A stretch of 64,000 nt of DNA, from positions 2,848,001 through 2,912,000 of the forward strand of contig OZ242008.1 in assembly GCA_965204735.1 (NCBI GenBank). The letters are read 5' to 3'. Shown here piece by piece: positions 51,041 to 59,108 of this stretch. The notes under the pieces are model-generated. The model was not told where the DNA came from, made no database searches, and worked only from the letters and a program-made list of their open reading frames with translations. The position numbers and the translations under genes are program-made. Position 1 is the stretch's first letter, and every line of letters starts with the position of its first letter. Origin of the DNA: Longimicrobiales bacterium. GTDB taxonomy: Bacteria; Gemmatimonadota; Gemmatimonadetes; Longimicrobiales; Gaopeijiaceae.

Positions 51041-52086
51041 CGCTGCCGGACGACGACACGCCCTCCCGAGTGGCAGCCGAGTGGGTTCGCGGCCGGGCGA
51101 CCGTGCCTTCCGCCGCTCCGCGCCGCTCCACCGCCCTCGTGCTGGGGGACCCCTCGCCCGATCTTGCTCGGGCGCTGGACGACTCGGGCGTTGCCGCGAC
51201 CCGTTGGAACCGGTTCGCCTCGCCTGGCCAGATCTGCACCTCGTGGCCGCCGGACGGGCGGTTCGGGGAGGCGTGGGTGCGGATGCCCAGGGCGGGACTC
51301 GAGGCGGCCATGCTGCTTCACGCGGCCTCGGCTCGGGTGGGCGACGGGGACTCCGTGCTGCTCTACGGCGCGGTTCACGACGGCATCCGCGCCGCCGCCA
51401 AGCGCTTCCCGGCCGGCGCAACGCCGCCCCGAACGGTCTTGGTCAAGCGCCGCTGCCGCGTGCTCCATGCGACCCGGCTCGCCCCGCCGCCCCGGCAGGA
51501 CGGGCTGGCCGAGTGGGAGGTGCCGGGCGCCGTGGACTGGGGCGCGGGCGAACGCGAGTGGACGTTCTACCCCGGCGTCTTCGCATGCGGGCGGCTGGAC
51601 CCTGGCAGTGGGCTCCTCGCCCGCGCGATCCCGGCGGCTGCCGCGCTGCCTTCCGCGTGCCGAGTCCTGGACTTCGGAGCAGGCACTGGCATCCTCGCCG
51701 CCGCGGCGCTGGAGAAGGCCGGTCCCGGCGCCACGGCCCAGCTGCTGGAGCCCGACGCGATCTCGCTGGCCGCCGCCGCCCGCAACGTGCCCTCGGCGCT
51801 GCGGGTGCTGGGGCACGGGACCGGCGCAGTGGAGGGCCCCTTCGACCTGATCGTCTCGAACCCGCCCGTCCACGCCGGTCGGCGGGACGACCTTCGCCCG
51901 GTCGGGGAACTCGCGGACGGAGCTCCGGGCTTGTTGGCCGGGGACGGACGTCTGCTGCTGGTCGCGCTTCGGAAGCTGCCCGTCGGCGACCTGCTGCGCC
52001 GGCGCTTCCGACAGGTTCGCGAAGTGGCCGGCGAAGGACCGTTTCGGGTGTGGGAGGCCAGTCGGGCGGCGCGCCCTCAGCCGTAG
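51037..52086 (+). CDS. Class I SAM-dependent methyltransferase (RsmC/MTS-like)
   Basis: PGVF..GRLD.GS.LL, VLDFGAGTG, FDLIVSNPP.H. Confidence 0.82.
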   Translation: MTLPDDDTPSRVAAEWVRGRATVPSAAPRRSTALVLGDPSPDLARALDDSGVAATRWNRFASPGQICTSWPPDGRFGEAWVRMPRAGLEAAMLLHAASARVGDGDSVLLYGAVHDGIRAAAKRFPAGATPPRTVLVKRRCRVLHATRLAPPPRQDGLAEWEVPGAVDWGAGEREWTFYPGVFACGRLDPGSGLLARAIPAAAALPSACRVLDFGAGTGILAAAALEKAGPGATAQLLEPDAISLAAAARNVPSALRVLGHGTGAVEGPFDLIVSNPPVHAGRRDDLRPVGELADGAPGLLAGDGRLLLVALRKLPVGDLLRRRFRQVREVAGEGPFRVWEASRAARPQP

Positions 52087-52937
52087 CGGCCCTCTATGTA
52101 GTCCGCGGTCTCCTTGCGGGCGGGAGCGCCGAAGAGCTGGTCCGTTGCGCCGTGCTCCACGATCCGGCCCAGCAGCATGAAGACGCACTCCTGGGAGAGT
52201 CGGCGCGCCTGGGCCATGTTGTGGGTGACGATCAGGACCGTGTATTCGCCTGCCAGCTCGCGGATCATCTCCTCCACGGCTTCGGTGCCCGCCGGGTCCA
52301 GAGCCGAACAGGGCTCGTCCATGAGCAAGACGCGGGGCTTGACCGGAAGCAGCCGGGCGATGCACAGCTTCTGCTGCTCCTCCAGAGAAAGTCCCGTCGC
52401 GCGCCGATCCAGCCGATCCTTCACCGACTCCCAAAGCAGGACGCGGCGCAGCGCCGATTCCAGCGCCTCTTCGCGCTCGGCCCGCGACGCCTTCCGCACC
52501 GCGGTCTCGTGGAGCCGGAACCCGAAGAGCACGTTGTCGCGGATGGAGATCGGCAGCGGGTTGGGACGCTGGAAGACCATTCCCACCTGCTTGCGCACCT
52601 GCACGATCTCCACGTCGTCTCCGAAGACGTTCCGGCCGTGGACCCGCACGCTCCCCGTGGTGCGCACGTAGCCCAGCCGCTCGGCGATGCGGTTGCACGT
52701 GCGCAGCAAGGTCGTCTTGCCGCACCCCGAGGGGCCGATCATCGAGGTGACGATCCCTCGCCGCACTTGCAGGTCCACGTCGAAGAGGGCCTGGAAGTCC
52801 CCGTACCACAGGTTGAGCCCCCGCGTCTCGACGGCGAGCTCCGAAGCGGCGGCCCCGGCATGGGCGCTGCCGGCGCCGACCCGGCCGACGGGGCTGCCCG
52901 CCTCGACGCCGGGACCGCCCGTGGTCGCGTCAGCCAA
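52077..52937 (-). CDS. pstB: Phosphate ABC transporter ATPase (copy with degenerate signature)
   Basis: GPSGCGKT, GMVFQ.PNP, LSLEEQQKL, LMDEPCSALDP, VTHN, YIEGRYG; start inferred. Confidence 0.9.
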   Translation of the reverse strand: MADATTGGPGVEAGSPVGRVGAGSAHAGAAASELAVETRGLNLWYGDFQALFDVDLQVRRGIVTSMIGPSGCGKTTLLRTCNRIAERLGYVRTTGSVRVHGRNVFGDDVEIVQVRKQVGMVFQRPNPLPISIRDNVLFGFRLHETAVRKASRAEREEALESALRRVLLWESVKDRLDRRATGLSLEEQQKLCIARLLPVKPRVLLMDEPCSALDPAGTEAVEEMIRELAGEYTVLIVTHNMAQARRLSQECVFMLLGRIVEHGATDQLFGAPARKETADYIEGRYG

Positions 52938-53730
52938 AGCGTCCCTCGATGTATCCGATGGTGCGTGGGTCCTGGACCTTGCCCGCAAAGAGGTCCTCGG
53001 TGTCGCCCGTCTCCACCAGCTCGCCCGTGAGGAAGAAGGCGGTGCGGTCGGCCAGGCGCCGGGCCTGCTGCACCAAGTTCGTCACCAGGACGATCGTGAT
53101 CTCGGCGCGCAGCTCCTTCAGCACGTCTTCGATCCGCATGGTGGTGACCGGGTCCACCGCAATGGAGAACTCGTCGAGCAGCAGGAGCTCGGGTTCCTGC
53201 GAGAGGGCCCGGGCAATGGTCAGCCGCTGCTGCTGTCCTCCCGACAGCAAGCTGCCCAGCGAGTCCAGCCGGTCCTTGACCTCGTCCCAGAGGGCGGCCC
53301 GGGTCAGGCAGCGCTCCACCACTTCGTCCAAGTCGGCCCTCTTGCGAACGCCTCGCAGACGCGGGGCGAACGCGACGTTGTCGTAGACGCTCAGCGGCAG
53401 GCCCACCGGCAGCGGAAACACGACCCCGATGCGGCGCCGCAGGGCGTACACGTTGCGAGCCCCCGCCACGCTTCGGCCGCCGACCTTGACGACGCCCGTC
53501 ACCTTCATCGCCGGGTCGAAGGCGTCCATGCGGTTCAGCGCCCGCAAGAACGAGGTCTTGCCGCTGTTGGCCGGGCCGATGATCCCGAAGACTTCGTTCT
53601 TGCGCACCTCGAGGCTGGCGTTGCGCAGGACGGGCCGGCCCCCGTAGGAGATCGTCAGGTCGCGCACCTCCACCACCGGCGGCTCGTCGCGGCCAGGAGA
53701 CGCCTTCCCGCCGGGGGTCGCCGCTACCAC
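52930..53730 (-). CDS. pstB: Phosphate ABC transporter ATPase (copy with degenerate Q-loop and H-switch)
   Basis: GPANSGKT, LSGGQQQRL, LLDEFSIAVDP, VTNL, YIEGRFG. Confidence 0.88.
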   Translation of the reverse strand: MVAATPGGKASPGRDEPPVVEVRDLTISYGGRPVLRNASLEVRKNEVFGIIGPANSGKTSFLRALNRMDAFDPAMKVTGVVKVGGRSVAGARNVYALRRRIGVVFPLPVGLPLSVYDNVAFAPRLRGVRKRADLDEVVERCLTRAALWDEVKDRLDSLGSLLSGGQQQRLTIARALSQEPELLLLDEFSIAVDPVTTMRIEDVLKELRAEITIVLVTNLVQQARRLADRTAFFLTGELVETGDTEDLFAGKVQDPRTIGYIEGRFG

Positions 53731-54590
53731 TTCTTGAGCCCCCGCAGGTAGACCCGGAACGCGATCGACACGGCGTTCATGAGGAGGACGATGGAGACCA
53801 GGACCAGAGCCACGCCGTAGGGCACGTTCTCCGCCACGCCCGGCGTCTGCGTGGTGATCACGTAGAGGTGAAGGGACATGGCCATGGTTTCGTCCAGAAC
53901 GCCTGCGGGGTAGAAGAGCTGGAACGCCACCGCGCCCGTGAACATGATCGGCGCCGTCTCGCCCGCGGTTCGGGACACTTCCAGGATGACGCCGGTGAGG
54001 ATGCCGCTGATCGAGTTGGGCAGCACCACCTTGCGGATCGTCTGCCAGCGGGTCGCGCCCATGTTCCAGCACGCCTCCCGAAACGCCCGGGGCACGGCCT
54101 GGAGCGACTCGCGGGTGGCCACGACGACCACGGGCAGGGTCATGACCGCCAGAGTCAGGCTGGCCGCCAGGATGCTCGTCCCCGTCCCGAAGAAGAGCAC
54201 GAAGGCGCCGACGCCGAAGAGGGCGTGAACGATCGACGGGACGCCGGCCAAGTTGACGATCGCCAGGTTGATGACGCGGGTGAGGAGGTTGTCGGGCGCG
54301 TACTCGCTCAAGTAGAGCGCCGCCGCCACGCCGACGGGCACCGACGCCAGAAGCGCCACCACGACCAGCCAGACCGTGCCCACCAGGGGGAGGGCGATCC
54401 CGCCTCCGCCGTCGCTGGAGGGGGGCGTGGCGAGGAACTCCCACGACAGCGCCGAGCCGCCCTTGACCACCAACGTGCCGAGAACGAGAAGCACGGGGAC
54501 GACGAGAGCGACCGTCATGAAGAAGAGGGCGGCCTTGGCCAGGGCCTGGGCGCGGTCGTTCCGCCGGTTCAGGGGCGTCGGGGCGAACAC
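53724..54590 (-). CDS. pstA: Phosphate ABC transporter permease
   Basis: YLSEYA, NLAGVPSIV..LFG, REA...GATRWQTI, R.AGETAP. Confidence 0.92.
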   Translation of the reverse strand: MFAPTPLNRRNDRAQALAKAALFFMTVALVVPVLLVLGTLVVKGGSALSWEFLATPPSSDGGGGIALPLVGTVWLVVVALLASVPVGVAAALYLSEYAPDNLLTRVINLAIVNLAGVPSIVHALFGVGAFVLFFGTGTSILAASLTLAVMTLPVVVVATRESLQAVPRAFREACWNMGATRWQTIRKVVLPNSISGILTGVILEVSRTAGETAPIMFTGAVAFQLFYPAGVLDETMAMSLHLYVITTQTPGVAENVPYGVALVLVSIVLLMNAVSIAFRVYLRGLKKW

Positions 54591-54595
54591 CGAGC

Positions 54596-55510
54596 CTACT
54601 TCCTGCGGATTCCCCGGACCACCAGGTCGGCGGTCAGGTTGATTGCGAACGTCACGGCGAAGAGAAGGATGCCCAGGGTGAAGAGGGACCCGTAGTGGGC
54701 CGAGCCTTCCGCGGTGTCGCCCAGCTCGGCCGCGATGGTGGCCGTCAGCGCCCGCACCGAGTCGAAGGGGCTCGTGGGAAGGTTGATGGCGTGGCCCGAC
54801 GCCATCAGCACCGCCATCGTCTCGCCGAACCCTCGGCCCACCCCCAGCAGCACGGCGGCCAGCAGCCCGTTCCGGCTGGCGGGGATCACGACCTTGCGCA
54901 CCACCTCCCAGCGGGTCGCGCCAAGGGCCTCCGCAGCCTCGCGGTAGGCGTCCGGCACCGCCTTCAGGGCGTCCTCGGCGATGGTGGCCATGATCGGCGC
55001 CGCCATCAGGCCCAGGATGATCCCGGCGTTGAGGACGCCCAGGCCCAGGGGCACGCCGAAGACGCCCTCGATCAGCGGCTTCATGATGGTGATTCCCACG
55101 AAACCCCACACCACCGAAGGGATCGCGGCCAGGAGCTCGACCAGCACCTTCAGGACCTCTCGCACCTTCCCGGTCGCGAACTCGCCGATGTAGACGGCCG
55201 CGCCCAGGGAGAGGGGCACCGAGACCAGCATCGCCAAGCCCGTCACGCTGGCCGTGCCCGCGATCAGGGCCAGGGCGCCGTAGGTGGGGTTGCTGGACGT
55301 GGGACGCCACGCAATGGAAGTGAAGAACTCGCCCAGGCTCAGGGCGCTGAAGACGAAGTCGAGCCCTTCCTTGGTGACGAAGACGAAGATCGCGGCCACG
55401 AAGACGATCGCCGACAGCCCGCCCGTGAAGATGAGGAGCTGAGCGGCTCGGTCCGCGTACCAGGCAAGGTCCCGGCGGTCCATGGCGTCCAGGGCCGCCG
55501 CCGGCTTCAT
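54596..55510 (-). CDS. pstC: Phosphate ABC transporter permease
   Basis: ELLAAIPSVV.G, EDALKAVP, GR.FGETMAVLM..G, LFTLG. Confidence 0.93.
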   Translation of the reverse strand: MKPAAALDAMDRRDLAWYADRAAQLLIFTGGLSAIVFVAAIFVFVTKEGLDFVFSALSLGEFFTSIAWRPTSSNPTYGALALIAGTASVTGLAMLVSVPLSLGAAVYIGEFATGKVREVLKVLVELLAAIPSVVWGFVGITIMKPLIEGVFGVPLGLGVLNAGIILGLMAAPIMATIAEDALKAVPDAYREAAEALGATRWEVVRKVVIPASRNGLLAAVLLGVGRGFGETMAVLMASGHAINLPTSPFDSVRALTATIAAELGDTAEGSAHYGSLFTLGILLFAVTFAINLTADLVVRGIRRK

Positions 55511-56391
55511 CCGCAGGCCACGTCCTCGATCGGCGCGTAGCCCCGCTTCCGGATCACGCACTGGCCCTCGTTCGAGAGGATCCAGTCCACGTAGGCCTTC
55601 ACCGCGCCTCGGGGCTGACCCGCCGTGTACATGAAGAGAGGCCGGGCGATGGGGTAGCTGCCGTCTTCCGCCGCGGTCAGCGTCGGCGCGACGCACGGCT
55701 CGCCCTCGGCGGCCGCGATGCAGGGCATGCGGACATGTTCCGTGGCGTACGCCAGGCCGCTGTACCCGATGGCGCACGGGGTGTTCTCCACCAAGTCCAC
55801 GACGTCCTTGGAGCCATGCATGTCCCGGGATCCCAGCTTGAAGTCCCCTTCTCCCAGAACCGCTTCCCGGAAGTACACGTAGGTGCCCGAGTTGTTCTGA
55901 CGGCTCACCCGGACGATCTCGTCGGAGCCGCAGCCCGGCACCGCGACGCCCAGGTCGGACCACGTCTCGGCGGAGCCGCCTTCGCCGTAGATCGACCCGA
56001 TCTGGGCCAGCGTCATGCTCCGGATGGGGTTGTCCTCGTGGAGGTAGACGGCCAGGGCGTCGTAGCCCACGACGAACTCCACGGCTTCCACGCCGTTGCT
56101 CCGGGCAGCTTCGCGCTCCAAGTCGCGCATTCGCCGCGACGAGTTGGCGATGTCCACGGTGCCGTTGATCATGGCCGAGATCCCCGTTCCCGAACCGCCG
56201 CCCGTGACCGATACGGCCACGTCGGGCGCAACCTCCCGGTACGCCTCCGCCCACGCCTGGGCCACGTTCAGCAACGTGTCGGAGCCCTTGTTCTGGATGA
56301 CCGAGCGCTGCGCGCGGTCGGAGCCGCCGCAGGCGAAGACCAGCAGCGCCGCGACGGGAGCAGCTCGCTTCGGTGCGCCGCTTCGATTCAC
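55507..56391 (-). CDS. pstS: Phosphate ABC transporter substrate-binding lipoprotein
   Basis: VFAC lipobox, KGSDT, GGGSGTGI, ANSSR, SRQNNSGT, YPIARPL. Confidence 0.93.
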   Translation of the reverse strand: MNRSGAPKRAAPVAALLVFACGGSDRAQRSVIQNKGSDTLLNVAQAWAEAYREVAPDVAVSVTGGGSGTGISAMINGTVDIANSSRRMRDLEREAARSNGVEAVEFVVGYDALAVYLHEDNPIRSMTLAQIGSIYGEGGSAETWSDLGVAVPGCGSDEIVRVSRQNNSGTYVYFREAVLGEGDFKLGSRDMHGSKDVVDLVENTPCAIGYSGLAYATEHVRMPCIAAAEGEPCVAPTLTAAEDGSYPIARPLFMYTAGQPRGAVKAYVDWILSNEGQCVIRKRGYAPIEDVACG

Positions 56392-56527
56392 GTGCGCTCC
56401 CTCCCATGGGGGTTCGAGACCCGATGCGGGGTCTTGTGGTTGGGGTCGACGCCGGATCCGTCGCCGAGGTCGATGCTCGATCTTGCCCGGGCCGGTCGAG
56501 GAGAGACGGGCGAAGTTTGCCGAAGGC

Positions 56528-56545
56528 CTGTCACAGTACGGTAAC
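56528..56545. promoter_or_regulatory. Pho-box-like 11-bp-spaced direct repeat upstream of pstS
   Basis: CTGTCAC-AGTA-CGGTAAC resembles the PhoB box (CTGTCAT-N4-CTGTCAY) but lies on the strand opposite to pstS. Confidence 0.4.
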
Positions 56546-56578
56546 CGGCGTGGGACGATGCGGTCGCTTCGCCGGTCG

Positions 56579-57901
56579 TCACGCGGCCCCTGCCGTCGCC
56601 TCGTGGTCGAGCGCCTCTTGGGCGGGGGTCGCGCTTCCGCTGCCGACGGCGCGCCGCAGGACCTGCTCGATGTCCAGTCCCAGGACCGACGCCAACCCCT
56701 CCATCGTTCCGTAGGCGCCGCGGACGCGCTGGTTGAGGGCGTTGGAGACGCCGTCGCCCTCGCCCCCGTCCATGACCACCACCCGGTCGATGTCCACGCC
56801 CCTGACCGCGCCCACCGCCGTCTCCAGCAGCTCCGGCAGCTTCTCGGCCATGAAAACGGCGAAGGCGGCGTCGCCGCCGGCCCGCACTTCCGCGTACAGC
56901 CGCCGCAGCACCTCGACCTGGGCCTTCCCCCGCTCCAGGATCGGGGCGGCTTCGGCCTCGGCCCGGGCGAAGGCGGCCATCTTCTCGGCCTTGGCGGGCT
57001 CCACCACGTCGGCCCGGAGCCGCTGCTCCTCGCGCTCGACCCGCTTCTCCTCCAAGACCCTCTCGGCTTCGACCTCGGCCTCGGCGGCGCGTACCCGGGC
57101 GATCTTCTCGGCGGTCACGCCCTCCTGGTCCAGCTCGGCTTGGCGCACCCGCAGCGCGTTGCGGGCCTCGGACACCTTGATCGACGCGCCGGCTTCCCGC
57201 ACCTCGGCTCTCTGGCGGGCCTCGGCCTGGGCTTCCCGGGTATCGGCCTCCGCTTGAGCTTCGGCGATCTCGGCCTGGCGGATCGCCTCTGCCGACTTCT
57301 TGCGGCCGATCGCCTCGAGGTAGCCCCGCTCGTCGCTGACGTTCTGAATCTTCAGCACGTCCAGATGGAAGCCCAACGAGGCCAAGTCCTCGCCCGCGTC
57401 CTCGGACAGCGCCTTGGCGAAGCCCAGCCGGTCCTCGTTGACCGCTTCCGGGGTCATGGTGGCCAGGACGCCCCGCAGGTTGCCGGTAAGGGTGTCCTGG
57501 GCCAGCAGGCGCACTTCCTCCTCCGACTTGCCCAGCAGTCGCTCGACCGCGTTGTTGAAGACCCACTCGGGCTCGGAAGCGACCTTCACGTTGGCGATCG
57601 CTTCCACGTTCAGCGGAATGTTCCCCTTGGAGAAGGCGTTCTTGACCATCACCTCGATAGGGATCGTCTCCAGGTTGACGTGCTGCACCGTCTCGATGAT
57701 CGGGACGCGAAAGGTGCGCCCGCCGCTGATCGATCGATAGCCGACGGCCTGCCCGTCGGCGAGCTTGCGCCTGCGGCCCGTGAGGACGGCAGCTCGGTTC
57801 GGCGGCACGATGACGATGAGCTTCTTGACGGTCGTGATCAGCACGACCACGACCATCAGGACGATGGCGGCCACGACGGCGGCGGGGATCAGGTTCTCCA
57901 T
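56579..57901 (-). CDS. Flotillin / SPFH domain protein
   Basis: N-terminal TM, GGR.F..P..E, L.GNLRGVLA, IQ..SD..GYL.A.G, EA-rich coiled coil. Confidence 0.9.
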   Translation of the reverse strand: MENLIPAAVVAAIVLMVVVVLITTVKKLIVIVPPNRAAVLTGRRRKLADGQAVGYRSISGGRTFRVPIIETVQHVNLETIPIEVMVKNAFSKGNIPLNVEAIANVKVASEPEWVFNNAVERLLGKSEEEVRLLAQDTLTGNLRGVLATMTPEAVNEDRLGFAKALSEDAGEDLASLGFHLDVLKIQNVSDERGYLEAIGRKKSAEAIRQAEIAEAQAEADTREAQAEARQRAEVREAGASIKVSEARNALRVRQAELDQEGVTAEKIARVRAAEAEVEAERVLEEKRVEREEQRLRADVVEPAKAEKMAAFARAEAEAAPILERGKAQVEVLRRLYAEVRAGGDAAFAVFMAEKLPELLETAVGAVRGVDIDRVVVMDGGEGDGVSNALNQRVRGAYGTMEGLASVLGLDIEQVLRRAVGSGSATPAQEALDHEATAGAA

Positions 57902-57958
57902 CAGCTTCTCCTTTGGGGGGACCTTATGCGGGGGCCGGAACTCGATTCGACTCGGGGG

Positions 57959-58519
57959 TCACTCTTCCAGCAGCTTCACGTCCACGGGCGCCACGGCGGC
58001 CACGCCGTCCTTCATCTCGACGACCACGACCTGCCGGCCTTGGGCCAGTCCCTCGGCGTCCCGGTACGCATCGTCTACGCGGGCTCGGACGCGAATCCTT
58101 CTGTCGCCGCGCGCCACGTGCACGAAGCCGGGGCTGCCGGGGCCCACCTCGAGGGCGACTTTTCCCGTGAGCCCCACGAGCGACTCTTCGCCGGGAATGA
58201 ACCCGGTCTCGGTGCGTCGCAGGTAGCCGAACGCGGCGCTGACGATCGCGCCTGCGGCCAAGCCGGTCGCGCCGGCGATCAAGGCGGTGGCGCCGGTCCG
58301 GGATCCGTCCCAGAGAAGGTGAAGGGCCGTCCCAGCCGCCCCGAAGCCGAAGACGGCGTAGACCAGGGTGCGGAGCGAGAGGATCGCCGATGCGTCGCCG
58401 AACGAGTCGGCGTCCACGTCGGCGGAGACATCCGCGTCGCCGTCCAGGAAGTCGCCGAAGAGCGAGAGGCCCAGGAGGCCGCCCCCGACGGCAAGGCATG
58501 CGACGTATGCGGTCAGCAT
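57959..58519 (-). CDS. NfeD-like (YqiJ/YuaF-type) membrane protein
   Basis: AGGAGG RBS; TM helices plus C-terminal LVG..G.V...G.V OB fold; canonical partner upstream of flotillin. Confidence 0.8.
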   Translation of the reverse strand: MLTAYVACLAVGGGLLGLSLFGDFLDGDADVSADVDADSFGDASAILSLRTLVYAVFGFGAAGTALHLLWDGSRTGATALIAGATGLAAGAIVSAAFGYLRRTETGFIPGEESLVGLTGKVALEVGPGSPGFVHVARGDRRIRVRARVDDAYRDAEGLAQGRQVVVVEMKDGVAAVAPVDVKLLEE

Positions 58520-58577
58520 CGGCTCCTCCTTCCGGCCTGCGGCGTGTTTCGGGGCGTTTGGTGCGGTCGGGCCGGCC

Positions 58578-58760
58578 CCCACGCCGGCTTTCGCGGGGGA
58601 AACGTACTTGCGACATGGACGGCGGCGCGACGGGCAACGTGACCTACCAGCCCACGCCGGCTTTCGCGGGGGAAAACGTACTTGCGACGGGCGGGGCCAA
58701 CTCGGCCGCCAGCCGCGCCTCCGCCCCACGCCGGCGTTCGGGGGGAAACGTACTTGCGAC
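58578..58760. CRISPR. Orphan CRISPR-like mini-array: 3 repeats (37/38/36 bp) and 2 spacers (36 bp each)
   Basis: CCCACGCCGGCTTTCGCGGGGGAAACGTACTTGCGAC at 58578-58614, 58651-58688, 58725-58760; unique equal-length spacers; no cas gene in the window. Confidence 0.65.
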
Positions 58761-58775
58761 CCGTCGCCGGAGACA

Positions 58776-58871
58776 GGGAGCGGCAGTGCGGCGCAAGGCG
58801 GCGGAACGCTCGGGCGCGAGGCCGGGAGCGGCGGTGCGGCGCAAGGAGACGGAGCGCTCGGGCGCGAGGCC
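58776..58871 (+). repeat. Imperfect 48-bp tandem duplication
   Basis: GGGAGCGGC(A/G)GTGCGGCGCAAGG..CGG..CGCTCGGGCGCGAGGCC at 58776 and 58824. Confidence 0.85.
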
Positions 58872-59108
58872 GGGCAGCACGGGAGCGCCTTTCCTGGCGT
58901 CGCGCCGTTTCCTTGCGTCGGCCGAGGCGGGAAGAGTAGCTTCGGGCGGTTGCGAAGCGGCCCGGCTGCGACGACCGGCGAGCCGCTGGACCCAGCTCCG
59001 ACGAGCCGCCAAGTGCAAGGAGCGCGTGGAGATGCCCCCGACTGCCGGCGGTGGGCCGCTTCGTCCGTTGGGCGAAACGGAGTTGCGCTGCGAGCCGCAG
59101 GACGCGCC

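Noticed and set aside
58368..59108. 250-aa N-terminal extension of the PQQ dehydrogenase ORF
   Set aside because: Runs through nfeD antisense, the mini-array and tandem repeats; the signal peptide and family similarity begin near 59109
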